A stretch of 64,000 bases of DNA from Lama glama (lineage: Eukaryota). Each line of letters opens with the position of its first letter. Position 1 is the stretch's first letter. Positions 1-12,326 of the stretch are shown in pieces. The DNA is taken from positions 5,024,001 through 5,088,000 of the forward strand of contig CM052818.1 in NCBI GenBank assembly GCA_028534125.1. The letters run 5' to 3'. The position numbers and the translations under genes are program-made. Below the pieces are notes generated by a model, which was given only the letters and a program-made list of their open reading frames with translations, was not told the origin of the DNA and did not search any database.

Positions 1-904
1 ACAGTCAAAAGAAGAAAGCCTTTAACTTATATATGCTTTAAGAGTAGTTAACAGCTAATCTACAAATAACCCGTTAAAAAAACTTTATTTTTGTTTGGTC
101 CTCCACAATATTTTTTTTTATGTTTCTACTGAAGGTTTGCCAGATTTTATTGTATTTCCATATTTTTTCTCCTCTTTGGAGTTATTTTTAATAATCTAAG
201 AACACCGCTGTGCACTGAGCATGGTTGACCTTGCACCCCAGAAGCTTTAGATAATCCTGATGGTTTTGAGAGGGTTGTCAGCTGGGTTTCCTAGGAGTGG
301 ACACTTGTGCTTTCCCAGTGTGACACCGAGAAGGTTGCTCTGAAATGCATCCAGGACTGTCAGGACTCAGTCTCCACAGGAAGTCAGATCTGGGGGAATC
401 ATTCAACCGAGATGATGATATGTAGGTGGTGGGATTCAGTGACAGTAATTTCAGGGGTCAAAGGGCAAGACCACACTTTCTAATTGCTGGAATTGTGTTC
501 GGAAAGTTTTGTTCTTCTCTTTTACACATGCCCATGAGGATGTAGGTGCCCTGGCGGGGTGGCTGTGCAGATTCGATCTGGTAAGGTGGCCAAGAACAGA
601 GTGGAGACTGGTCCTGTCCTGCTGCCATCTTGGGCCCACTGGAGTCACGGCAGAGACACGGTCTGCCTCTGTTCCTGTCTGCACACAGAGCACGTTCTTC
701 CACACACAGAGGGACCATGCACTTTAACAGGCAAACTGGGGCACCTCTGATAGAGAAAAGGGATGATGTTAACAAGTGCAGCTGAAGACAGGTGTATACT
801 AGGGGTATTTGGTTGATGGATTAATGAGGAATGTTGAAGAATGAATGAACACCATCTATGTTTTCGCTAAAGGATTCTCAAGGGCCTGGATCTCCAGACA
901 GAAG

Positions 905-1150
905 GAGGTGGCAGAGCAAAGCATTGGCTTTAGAGGGACACAGCTGGTTCACATCCTAGTTTATCCCTCGCTGTCTGGGTGATGCTGGGGCAATTTCCTG
1001 ATTGCTCTGGTTCTCAGTTTTCGGGCTGGAAGCGGGAATAATAATTTTTACCACTGAAGGTTGTTTTATGGGTGATAACGATGATGTATGTATAGCAGTT
1101 AGCATGGTATTTAGCAGGAAGCGAGTAAGTACTCACTAAATAATTATTAT
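905..1150 (+). mobile_element. MIR SINE (degenerate)
   Basis: MIR core-like 'ggggcaatttcctgattgctctggttctcagtttt' and 3' end 'gtaagtactcactaaataattattatt'. Confidence 0.75.
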
Positions 1151-1608
1151 TCTGTTTATTGTCCCTCCTTGACCAGAATCTAGTCCTGTGTGTAAGAATA
1201 AGGATATAGCCATAGTCAAAGTGGAAAGGAATCTTTCTGGGTTCTTACTCCATGCATCCATTGGGCTTCCAAGACAACCCAGCCTGAAGTTCCATGATCT
1301 TTCAGCCGGCTCCTGCCATGAACTCCTTTCATGAACACTGGCCTCTTGCAAATGTGTAGGCTGAATCCTGAAGGCCAGGGCCCGAGTTTCTCAAAGAAGC
1401 CTACTGCTTGAATAGCTTAGGGTTTATGCAACCAAAGATGATCCAAATTTCCAGGACGACTCCCCGATGCCCTGAATTATTTGCCTTCTACCAGGAAGAA
1501 CACATTAGCAAGATGGAAGCTATTCAGGCTTCTTAACAAATGTATATATTCCACAGTTCTCTTCATGAATATACAAATAATGTTGGAAAGCACTTCTCTG
1601 GGAAAACG

Positions 1609-2493
1609 CAGGGGAGCTGGGGCCAGCAGTTTGCTCATGAAAACAACATTTCAGGAATTTTGGAAGCCATTATTAAAAATTAAGTTATGTAAACATCTAC
1701 TAAATTATATTAAAAACAAAGTTAATAAGTATTCAGAACTCACACTTGGTAATTATTTAACTGTAATCTATGCTTTTGAGCTTGTTTGTACCTGCTGTGT
1801 TTATATGGTGGACACACAATACCCTGGTCTGCTATGGTCATTACCAGTCTCTTCTCAACTCCACATTCAGGAATGTCACCTCGGCAGCTTGAAGTCAGAC
1901 ACGACGGGAAAACTCACGCCATAGACACTGATGAACACTACGGATCAAGCCTTGATTTACTGTTTGTTGATCACCTAGACTTCAGAGAGTGATGGAGAAA
2001 ACACAGATTAAACTTAAAAGAATGCCTTGACGATAACCAGTACGGTATGAATAGCACAAAAAACTGAGGGAATATTCTTCCAGTATTTGAAAACAATTCT
2101 CTGATTGAGCAAAGAAGTCACTCAGATCACTGACAAACTAGTGAAGTTTTTACATAGATATTCACTGCTCTACATTCTCACTCAGGTAAAGGAATAGATC
2201 AACCAACATTCGTGTCGAAACTACCCTCTTGCTGCTCAATCAAAGCCTCAGGTTGACGGTGAATACAAGAGCTTAACAAAAATCTACAAAAGCATTCTCT
2301 GAGATTTAGTTAGCTATACAGAATTCACAGTAAAAAGTATTGTATATTTTATTATTATTTGAAAATTATGTCATACAAAGTATCCTTCATGTCAGTAGAA
2401 ATTTATAATAAATGTGTGTTTGTGCATTCTGACTATATCAATTTTTTTTTTTCCAGAAGGAGCCGGTTGCTAACCATTTACCAGGACACCACT
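1609..2493 (+). mobile_element. MER63 (MER63C/D-like) hAT-Blackjack DNA transposon, near full length
   Basis: Starts 'cagggga-gctggggcc', internal 'gccattattaaaaattaagttat', 'gaatagcacaaaaaactgagggaatattcttccagtatt', ends 'gagccggttgctaaccatttaccaggacaccact' as in the MER63 terminus. Confidence 0.85.
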
Positions 2494-3049
2494 TGCAGGG
2501 AGAGTTCAGAGCTTGGCCACTGTTGCACTGTGAGTCCATGGAAATGCCCAATCAGAGGGGATTAAACTCAGAAAGACAAGAGGGTAGAGTGAATGTTGAC
2601 TTAAACTGGAGGCATACATTTGAAAACAGACAGAGAATAAGGCAGGATGGGAAACTAGACAGCCAGAGGGAGATTGAGATAAGGGAAGAGATGGTTCCTG
2701 AATTCAGTAAAGGAGCCCTGTTTTACATGATAATATAGCCTTGACCATTCAAATTTGGGATACACTCCCAGAGGCACCAATGTCACACAGTGCAGGGGCC
2801 TGCGAGGTTAGGAACCTTGGTGAGGTCCAGAGTGAAATGTGGTTGGTGAGGCTAACTTGAGAAAATTCGGGGGAAACAATGGCCATTTCAGAGAGCAGTT
2901 TTTTAAATACAGTAATTATCAAAAACACTACTGTTATTCCATCCTGCAATTTTATGTGAGATGGGTTGGAGGTCCATTCTTGGCAAGTAGACCCTTCACT
3001 CCTAAAGTGCTGTCTATTCTTATATCCACCTTCATGACATATATTTTAT

Positions 3050-3700
3050 GCGTATTCTTTCCCCTGATTTTAAAGGAAATTCATGTTTGTTGTAGAAAAT
3101 TTGGAAGTTACAGAAAAGTTAAAAATTTGGTCACTGCCATAATTCAGAGACAACAACTTTTAATATGGGAGTGTTTCCTTGGGGACATGGGTGTATGTAT
3201 GTGTAATATATATACTCATCTAAATACATGTACTCACATGTATTCATAGAACATGTTAGCATCTGTGGATTGCTTTTATCTGATACCACATTACATTATG
3301 AGCGCTTTCATTTGCTTTATTATAGTTATTCATATAAAAAGAATGGCAATCTTTGTTATAGTTACTGAAAAAAATTTATGAGTGTCAGTTGCCTTTTAAA
3401 TTTGTGTGTTCTTGCTTTAAAATTTATTCTAAAACTTTGTATAGTTAAATTTATTGATATTTTAATTTGTGACTTGACTTCCTTCTTTTATGCTTTTATC
3501 TTTCCACAACTTAGAGACAAAAAGAACCACAAAAATTCCCTTTTAGGTGTATATGTATGTGTATATATATATATATACATATATTAAATGTGTATATACA
3601 CATATATGCATATATACATAATCTTAAATTCATGTGAATTTCAATTTTGTGTATAAAGGAAATATCTGACTTAATGTTTTTTTTTTCTGGAAAGACTAGT
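3050..3700 (-). mobile_element. Ancient L1M (L1ME-like) fragments with embedded (TA/CA)n tract at ~3549-3620
   Basis: 'catgtttgttgtagaaaatttggaagttacagaaaag' resembles old L1 3' ends in antisense; T-rich degenerate sequence. Confidence 0.5.
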
Positions 3701-3774
3701 GAATTTTCTCAGCACACTCATCAGCAGAATATATTTTTAGTTGAAATTGCATTAGACTTTTCAAAGCCCTGAAA

Positions 3775-3955
3775 GACAGTGGCTTAAATCCCCTAGAAAG
3801 CTTGTTAAAACCTTTAGTGCCTGGCTTCTCCTCCCCACCCCCGAGTTTTTGATTCAGTAGGTCTGGAGTAGCGTCCAAGGATTTGGAGTTCTAACGTGTT
3901 CACAGGTGATACTGATGCTGATTGGTCTAGGGACCACATTCAGAATGACTGGTTT
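3775..3955. mobile_element. MER5A-type hAT-Charlie MITE
   Basis: 'gattcagtaggtctggagtag...ttctaacgtgttcacaggtgatactgatgctg...gggaccacattcagaatgactg'. Confidence 0.8.
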
Positions 3956-4259
3956 AAACAAATAAGGGCTTGATGAATATTGATGGATATGGAACTGACC
4001 ATCTGTCTAGAGCCAAAGGCCTGGCACCTTAGTTGTGTAATATCTTGGGAACCTAGGCTCCTTGAATCTTTCTGCTCCTCAATCCTCAGATTAGGGCTGT
4101 AGGCTTCCTGATCCTCTGATGGCGCAGGTAGCGCCGTGTTCCCTCCAGAAGAAGAAGAGGCTCCGCTGATACTTCCCTTCCCCCAAGCTTCACCTAGGGA
4201 TTTCCCTGTACAGGTTTTCAGCCAGAACTGCGTCACAGGGCCACCTTTACCTGTAATAG

Positions 4260-4700
4260 CAATTTGGACTTGTAGATTTTTTTTTTAACTAGCTGTATTG
4301 CTATCCTGAACAGAACTGGGTATGGCAGGCATTTGTGTGTTCTTTGTGATTTCAGCAGCAGTATTTCCAGTGTTTCATCATTAAGAAGTTGTTGGCTTAT
4401 CATATTAAGGAGATATCTTACTTTCTTTCCTCACTTTTAAGATGCAGGCATAGGATCTTTATGTGATAATATGTTTTCCTTATCTGGTGTATGGATGTAG
4501 CTGGACTCATTGCATGAACACACGTCCTGATACTAAATTGTCATTGCATTTATGCCCCATTATTCTCTCATAGTCTGTTGAATTTGATTGTGTACATTGT
4601 ATTTAGATTTTTCCATCATTTCTCATTAACTAAATTGGTATGTTGTTGACTTCAGAGTTATATTCAACAATTTTTAATATCAAGTTTATTCTAGCTGAAA
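4260..4700 (-). mobile_element. Ancient L1M ORF2 fragment
   Basis: Degenerate antisense L1-like text 'ggcatttgtgtgttctttgtgatttcag...tttccagtgtttcatcattaag'. Confidence 0.45.
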
Positions 4701-4739
4701 ACAACTTTATAGAGTTTACACTGTGTCTCTGGGAATCTA

Positions 4740-4920
4740 CTAAGTTGAGATTTACATGAATTATCCCATTTACATCTCATAGGCATTTTATGAAGTCTGT
4801 ACCTTAACTATTCTCATTTTATGGGAAACTGGGTTTGAGAGCGATCGTCTATCTAGGAAACTCTATCTTGACTCTGTCAAGGTCACCTATCTAGGAAACT
4901 CTAAGCCTTTTATTCCCTAG
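4740..4920 (-). mobile_element. MIR fragment
   Basis: 'attctcattttatgggaaactgggtttgagag...caaggtcac' antisense MIR core. Confidence 0.6.
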
Positions 4921-6619
4921 ACTAATTCTTAATTTATTTGGTACACTGGGGATGGTAGCCAAGTTGGCACATCAAAAAGAATGTAAAAATGTCAAGTTGC
5001 AATCATGAAAATTATAGTATTCAAAGATTGAATAAGAGGGAAAAAATTGACTTAAACTTGGGGGCCAGGCAGGCCTTGGCCCCTTCACTGCCATCTTATT
5101 GCTTAGTCCAATACTTTGTCAATATTTGGGTATTATGGGCCCTGATGACTTTGCAGATTGGCAAGACTTCATTGCTGCACACACTGACTATTGTCTTAAA
5201 GAGAATGGTTTACCTCATTTATATGGACTCAAATTATCTTCCCAGTAAGCTAGACCAGTATAAATCTCCCTTTAGATGGTTCAAAGTGTGTCCTTTGCTT
5301 TAAAATGTAAACAAAGGAAAATGAATACTCCATCATCAAGCACAAAAAAAATGTGCCCAACCTTCAAAAAAGCATTTTAAGGCTTTTCTGAAATCTAATA
5401 ACCTGTCGTGTAATTAAGAACTTAATATTATTCCTTCAGTTCTTGCCCAAACCTCTCGAAAAGGCAGTAAAGTTACTCCTGGCATTGATATAATGACTTT
5501 CATTGCAGACGACAATTTTCACATAGGGTGTAGACAGCCCCTTGGTGCCAGTGTCATCCAGGGGAGAAGATAATGCACTGTGTGTACCGCTTCTGTCTTC
5601 ACTGTAGAAGTAAAAATAAATGTGTGGTTAGTCACTGCAGGCACTCCACCTGCGCCTTAGGTATCCAGATGGTTCATCCAATTGAAGTTTTGCTCAGCAG
5701 ATAAACTTTTTTACCATTTCAAAGCTGCTGGTAGCCGTTAGAATTTTCAAAAGGTGTTCGTAAACTAGGAATTTTTCTTGAGTGACATCAGTGTGGATAT
5801 TCTGGAAGAAACCCAGGAACTGGCTGCCAAGAGATTTCAAGATTGACTGGCATCCTCAATACAAAGAGAATAACGGTCAATTCATCCATATCCTGATTTA
5901 AAACATCAGAAGCAATTCTGAAGCATTCTCCAGCAATTCTGGAGTGGATAAAATTATTTGCCAAAAGGACTGCCTCATCGCTTATTCCCTTTTCTCTGAG
6001 ACACAACCAGCCCCATCATTTGCAGGGCACGTGGCTCTACTATGCTCTCCATAGTTGTGAGTATCTTCTTTTCTTTTGACTATATTTGAGATGAGCAAAT
6101 TTGGAGGATGCTTCTGACAAAGATTATGTGTTAGAACTAATCTAAGTTTTGGTAAAGTTCTAGTTTGGACATTGAACTTCCTTTTCAGGCAATGATCTAC
6201 ACTGATGTGTTGTTAAGATGGACAGTTGTGAATTTTTGCTTCAATCTCATAAGCCTCATGTTTCTGTAATGAGAATGGGATGTGTTTCCTTGGGTACTCT
6301 TTTCCATTGGTCTTGAAACCCCCTTGAGGCCAGAATCAGCAATTTTTCCTATACAAACAAATGTAACTCTAATTTTAAAAATCACTGGCAAAGAAAGACT
6401 GTATTTCTGGGTCATTTTCTTCTCTCTCCTTACTCTATTTTCCTTAGCAGTTGGGCTATTTATTTCAAATTGCATTGCCCACTTAGCAAAACAACGACAA
6501 AAATTCCACCCAGCCGAGCAACAGTTTGAAGGAGTCACAGATCAGAGCAGTGTGACTACAGAAGCAGGCATTTTGAGGATGAGACTGTAACCATTCTCTC
6601 AGAAAGAGCACTACTTTTA

Positions 6620-7040
6620 ACAAGAAAAAATAAAAAGCTTCACTGGAGACTGTGCTCCACCAAAATAAGAGAATAAACCAAATAAGAGAAAGTCTTGAGA
6701 TTGAGGAGGCAGATCATCTTAATCAGGGGAGTAAAGGGAATTCCCAGGATAATTAGGAAATGATGTCCTCAGATATGAGTGGTGCAGTTCGTTTTTACCC
6801 CAGATGGAAGTAAAATGGAAGTTCTCAGGAAGGGAGTCTCATAAAATGAAACACTGAAAGAAACTCTTGGTGAAACATGATTCTGACTATCGGCAGTGTA
6901 TGGACAATTAGCAATACCTATGACGAAGGACTAAATAAACGAAAACAGGCAGGTACCCAGGATGCCGGGTGGCCTGGGCAGAGACTTCCAATTACGGCAA
7001 AGTGAAAAGGCTGGCAAACCCATTTTAAAGTCTGTTCAGC
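6620..7040 (+). mobile_element. Probable HAL1/old L1-related fragment (left part, interrupted by L1MB)
   Basis: A-rich degenerate L1-like sequence abutting the L1MB 5' end; plausibly continues at 8830-9280. Confidence 0.35.
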
Positions 7041-7122
7041 ACATTCTTCCAAAGACATTAGTAAGGAAACCAAAAAAGACAAACCACCAACGTGGAGAAA
7101 ATATTTACAAATTACACATCTC

Positions 7123-7301
7123 AAGGGCTGGCAGACTATAGCCGGCAGCCTGTTTTGGTAAGACCCATGAACTAAGAATGCGCTGTACCTTTAAAAAGGG
7201 TTGTTTAAAAAAGAAGAATATGCAAAAGAGAGCCTATATGATCTACAAAACATAAAATATTTACTATCTTTCTATGTACAAAAAAAGTTTGTGAACTTCT
7301 G
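7123..7301 (+). mobile_element. MER58C-like hAT-Charlie MITE nested in L1MB
   Basis: 'agggctggcagactat...gaactaagaatg...aaaatatttactatct...aaaaagtttgtgaacttctg'; L1 text resumes after it. Confidence 0.8.
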
Positions 7302-7383
7302 ATAGATCTGCTAACAGACTTGTATCCAAAATATATAAGCAATTTTGCAATTCATTAAGACAAACAGGCCACTTACAAAAATG

Positions 7384-7995
7384 GTAGTTTGAGGCAACAC
7401 CCCTCCTCCCCTATCCATGCCCTAATCCCTGTAATCTGTGAATATGCTACACTACATGGTATAAGGGACTTTGCTGATGTAATTATGAACTTTAATAAAG
7501 GGATGTTATCCTAGATTATTTGGATGGTCCCAATCTAATCATACTAGTCTTTAAAAGCTAGCATCAAAAAGATGAGCTACAAAGAAAAGACAGAAGCAAA
7601 GAGAGTCCAAGTGTGAAGAGGCAGCAACTCCCTGCTGTTGGAAGGGGCCACAGAGAAAGAGGAAAAGGAATTCAGGTAGCATTGAGAAGCAAAGACTGGT
7701 CCCTGGATGATAGGTAGCAAGGAAACAGAGACCTTGGTCCTGCCACCACAAAGAACTGAGTTTGGCCAGCAACCCGAATGAGTTTGAAAGAAGAGTCTTT
7801 CCCAGACCATCCAGTAAGGAACACATTCTGTAGTCCTGTTAAGAGTTTAATTACAGCCTTGTGAGACCCTAAGCAGGAGACACAGCTGAGCCCAAATGGA
7901 CTTCTCACCTCCAGAAATTGTGAGATAATAAATGTGTATTATTCCAAGCCATTACATTTGCAGTAATTTGTTATGGCAGCAATAAAAAAATACAG
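7384..7995 (+). mobile_element. MLT1 (MLT1D/E-like) MaLR solo LTR nested in L1MB
   Basis: 'ccctaatccctgtaatctgtgaatatg...agggactttgctgatgtaatta' and end 'gtaatttgttatggcagcaataaaaaaataca'. Confidence 0.85.
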
Positions 7996-8829
7996 TAGGC
8001 AACAGATTTGCATAGACACTTCATCAAAAAGATCATGGGCTTAGAAGCCCATGAAAAGACACTCAAAATAATGAGTCATAAGGGAAATGCAAATTAAAAT
8101 GAGTGACTGCTATATACCCACTAAGATGGCTTTAAGCAAGAAGACCGACAATTACAAGTGTAGGTGGGGCTATGGAGTAACTGGAACTCTCGTATGTTGC
8201 TTGTGTAAATGACACAGCTACTTTGGAAAACAGATTAGCAAATCCTTAGAACATTAAATGTAAACTTGCTGTCCAGTTCAGCAACACCATGCCTAGGTAT
8301 TTATCCAGGGGAAATGAAAACAGAAGTCCACACAAGACTTGTACACATATGTTAACAGCAGCATTATTTATAGTAGCCCGAAAGTGGAAACAACCCAGAT
8401 ATCCATCAGCTGGTGAGTGGATTAACACAGTGTTGTATGTCCATAAAATAGAATACTATTCATCAATAAAAATGAACAAACTACAGATACAAGCTACAAC
8501 ATAATGAATCTCAAAATGTTACACTGAGTGAAAGAAGCCAGACACAAAAGACTACATGTAGCATGATTCTACTTATATGAAGTTTGCAGAAAAGGCAAAT
8601 TTATAGAGACAGAAAACAGATGAGTGGAGGCCTGGGGCTGGGGGTGGAAGGAGGGACTGACTGCAAACAGGCACAGAGGAGTTTTCTGGGATGATGGAGA
8701 TATTCCAAAGCTAGATGGTGATGATAGTTGCACAACCCTATAAAGTTATTAAATTCATTGAGTTGTATATTGAGTTGTAATGATGGGTGCATATTATGGT
8801 GTATGGATTGCACCTCAAGAAAAAAAAAA

Positions 8830-9280
8830 GATGGTAATAATTAACCTCAGAAAGACATAAGAAAGGAAATGTGATCATAGTACAGTGCTCAGCTGTGAGT
8901 AATCGTTACATAGACTTAACTGGATACTGATTTAATCTAAGCAACGAATACAACTACATTGGACTCACGGAGCAGGGAAAGCAGAGGAGATGGGAATATA
9001 AGAGAGTACAGCTCCACTATGAGATAGGAAATAATTAGATTATGTCCCAAACTGATGTATCTAAACATAGCAAAATATGCATATTATTTAAACACATCAA
9101 GTTAGGTAAAGGCCAACAAGAAACAGCTAAAAGCGTCAAAGTGAAATCACTGAACAGGCAGGAGGAAAAAGTGGGCAGAGGACCTGATAATTTTTGTGTG
9201 TGTGTGATAAAACTTTTAGTACAATTTGTCTTTTTAAAACCTGTACGTTTATTGACTGATAAAAACAAGAAAAAAATTAA
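8830..9280 (+). mobile_element. HAL1-like 3' fragment
   Basis: 'tcagctgtgagtaatcgttacatagac...actgatttaatc' and terminal 'ttagtacaatttgtctttttaaaac...tgataaaaacaagaaaaaaa'. Confidence 0.5.
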
Positions 9281-9289
9281 ACCCATATG

Positions 9290-10040
9290 CACAAGTGTTC
9301 TTATTTTTTCTTTCCTGTCTTCTGTTTCTTTCAGTTTCCATCTTTCTGAGAGATTTCCTGAAGTTTTCTTAAATTTCATTTCCTAATAAATCTATGGAGT
9401 TTTAAAAAATTTATACCCTTGTATTTTAAATTTCATGACCTTCCTTGTTCCTTGAATGGTCCTTTTTAGAGTGCCTCATTAACTGCTCTTTACTCTCTAG
9501 GACTATTGACTTTTTCTCAAGCTTTCTTTTCCCCACAGAATGTTTCCTCCAAGTGCTTTTCATTGTTTATCTGATCTCAGTATTTCCTATGACAAGATTT
9601 TCTCAGCTGTCTGGGAGTCTTGGTAACTCACATATGTTAGCTAACTATCACATATAAAATAGATAAACAATAAAGTCCTACTGTATAGCACAGGAAACTA
9701 TATTCAATATCTTTTGATAGCCTATAATGAAAAACAATGTGAAAAGGAATATAAAGAAAGAGTGTAAGACTAGGATAAATCCCCAGAGAATAAACTACCG
9801 GTCTTTGGTGATCAGGAAGAATTTGCTCCACTTCTTAAATTGCTCTTCACCAATTTTCATTATATTAACACCAGATTCTGGAAGTTCTTAGTCCTTCCAA
9901 TACCTGAGCCTCTGGAAAATTCTATGCACACATTCAGCCTTTCCTCATTTTCCAGATTAGGATTCATTAGTTATCATTCCTCCATCGGCTTTCCCTTTTC
10001 AAAAATGTTCTTGAAGTCATATCCTCTCCTGTTCTATCTT
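9290..10040 (-). mobile_element. HAL1/old L1-like fragment, antisense, interrupted by a short L1 piece
   Basis: T/C-rich degenerate L1-family-like sequence on both sides of the 9640-9760 insert. Confidence 0.4.
9640..9760 (+). mobile_element. Short cetartiodactyl/camelid L1 3'UTR fragment
   Basis: 'atataaaatagataaacaataaagtcctactgtatagcacaggaaactatattcaata' closely matches the copy at ~10855-10915. Confidence 0.85.
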
Positions 10041-10044
10041 GATT

Positions 10045-11230
10045 GGGGATTTCCCAAGGAGGGAGGAAGTGAGGGAAGACAAATTAAGGGTAGGAGATGA
10101 AGAGATACAAACTACTATGTATATATTAATGGCCAGTAGGCACATGAAAAAAATGCTCAATATTGCTAATTATCAGAGAAATGCAAGTCAAAACTACAGT
10201 GAGGTATCACTGGTCAGAATGGTCATCATTAAAAACTCTGCAAATGACAAATGCTAGAGAGGGTGTGGAAAAACGGGAACCCTCCTACGTTGTTGGTAAG
10301 AATGTAGTTTGGTGCAGCCACTATGGAAAACAGTTATGGAGATTCCTTAAAAAACTGAAAGTAGACTTACCCTATGATCCAGCAATCCCACTCTTGGGCA
10401 TATATCTAGAGAAAATGCAAATTCAAGAAGATTCATGCACCCATGTTCATAGCAGCACCATTGACAGTAGCCGAGACATGGAAACAACCTAAATGTAAAG
10501 CGACAGATGATTGGGTAAAGAAGTTGTGATATCTATCTATCTATCTATCTATCTATTCTATATATATAATGGAATACTACTTAGCCATAAAAAATAACGA
10601 AATAGTGCCGTTTGCAGTAATATGGATGGACCTGGAGATTGTCATACTAAGTGAAGGAAGCCAGAAAGAGAAAGAAAAATACCTCATGATATCACTTATA
10701 TGTGAAATCTAAAAAGAAAAAAAAAGACAAAAATGAACTTATTTACAAAACAGATACAGACTCACATACATAGAAAAAAATTATGGTTCAGGGGGAAAAG
10801 TGAGCAGTGGAGGGATAAACTGGGAGTTTTGGATTTGCAGATACTAACTACTATGTATAAAATAGATAAACAACAAGGTCCTACTGTATAGCACAGGGAA
10901 CTATATTCAATACCTTGTAATAGCCTGTAATGAAAAGGGATAGGAAAAGGAATATGTATAACTGAATCACTATGCTGTAAGCCAGAAATTAACACAGCGT
11001 TGTAAACTGACTATACTTCAAGAAAAAATAATTACTATGTATAAAGTAGATCAGCAACAAGGATATACTGTATAGCACAGGGAATTATAACTGTTATCTT
11101 GTAATAACCTGTAATGGAGTATAATCTACAAAAATGCTGAATCACTATGCCATACACCTATAACTAACGTAATATTGTAATATTGTAAATATTATAAAGA
11201 CTTCAATAAAAAGTAAATAAAAACAAAAAT
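10045..11230 (+). mobile_element. Older L1 3' end (10045-10123 plus 11030-11230) split by a younger L1
   Basis: 'gagatacaaactactatgtata' continues as 'tactatgtataaagtagatcagcaacaaggatatactg'; A-tail ~11205-11229. Confidence 0.8.
10124..11029 (+). mobile_element. Younger 5'-truncated camelid-type L1 (ORF2 end and 3'UTR) containing a (TATC)n microsatellite at ~10530-10560
   Basis: ORF 10163-10492 '[24 protein letters not shown]' is L1 ORF2p; TSD aactactatgtata (10110-10123) / aattactatgtata (11030-11043). Confidence 0.9.
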
Positions 11231-11997
11231 CCCTTTATTGCCATTTTACTGAAAAACAGCAAAATGAGAGGCATGCATTGGATCTGCCACTTCTATGTAC
11301 ATAAATCACATAGATATTTTGACTACAAATGTCATTTTTTAATGTTGCACAAACAAAGAAACAACTACATTTCCAGTTTTTAAGAAAAATTGCCAAGTGT
11401 TATTCGGAATGGATGTCCTTACCCTAGACCAGGGCATGCCAACTCCTAAGAAAGGCATGAGCTGGAGAGAGGTTAAGTCTTAGGATGAGGGCAGCTTTGG
11501 GTGGGCAGGAGTTGGTGCACATGTTGAAGATAAAAATGGGTGTTAGGTATCGTCCAGAAAAAAAACTTCAGAGAATCTGGAATCACATGTCTACTCTATT
11601 GCAGGCTTTTTCAGAATCATTCTAAGCAAAATGTGTGCTCATTCGTTGAGAAATCACTTTATCCTACATGGTACACATATCAAACCCTCTCATTTCTCTC
11701 ATAAAATAACAATTGTCACATGCGTTTAATTTTAATTAATACATACATGTATTTGTCAGTTTAATGATGGTACATATTTTTCCACTGGAAAATTTAAAGG
11801 AACCCTCTGCTTTTGATAAGTTTCTTGATTTGATTCTCCAACAGAGTTTGAGCAATTCAGGGATGCAGTTTTTAATTTATCCCTACTGGTAATATAAATA
11901 GGGAAATATTCCCCAAGTGGAACTTCTCCTTTTGTCTTCAGTCAATAGTGTTGTCAATTTGTTTCTTTTTATAAACCATTTTTGTAATTAAAAAAAA

Positions 11998-12326
11998 ATT
12001 TTATTGAAGTATAGTTGCTTTACAATATTGTGTTAATTTCTGGTGTACAGCATGGTGATTCAGTTACACACACACATATATATTCCTTTTCATATTATTT
12101 TTCATCATAGGCTATAGCAAGGTATTGATTATGGTGCTCTGTGCTATGTAGTAGGACCTTGTTGTTTATCTGTTTATATATAGTAGTTAGTATCTGCCAA
12201 CCCCAAACTCCCAATTTATCCCTTCACTCCTTCCCTTTCCCCCATGGTGACCATAAGTTTGTTTCTATGTCTGTAAGTCTGTTTCTGGTTTGTAAATAAG
12301 TTCCTCTGTCTCATTTTTTAAGATTC
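11998..12326 (-). mobile_element. 5'-truncated camelid-type L1 3' end
   Basis: 'ttttattgaagtatagttgctttacaatattgtgttaatttctggtgtacagc...' antisense L1 3'UTR. Confidence 0.9.

Larger units (their letters stand above)
7040..8829 (+). mobile_element. L1MB7/8-type LINE-1 3' portion (ORF2 end, 3'UTR, poly-A), interrupted by MER58 and MLT1
   Basis: ORF 8289-8504 'AALFIVARKWKQPRYPSAGEWIN' is L1 ORF2p C-terminus-like; 3'UTR 'aaaggcaaatttatagagacagaaaacaga...gactgactgcaaacaggcac'; A-tail ~8818-8829. Confidence 0.85.

Noticed and set aside
1481..1924. 147-aa ORF, the longest in the track
   Set aside because: Mostly within non-coding MER63; no recognisable domain
5436..5601. Minus-strand acceptor (ttttacttctacag) followed by a ~54-codon open frame
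   Set aside because: No recognisable peptide, weak downstream donor and no partner exons; compatible with chance
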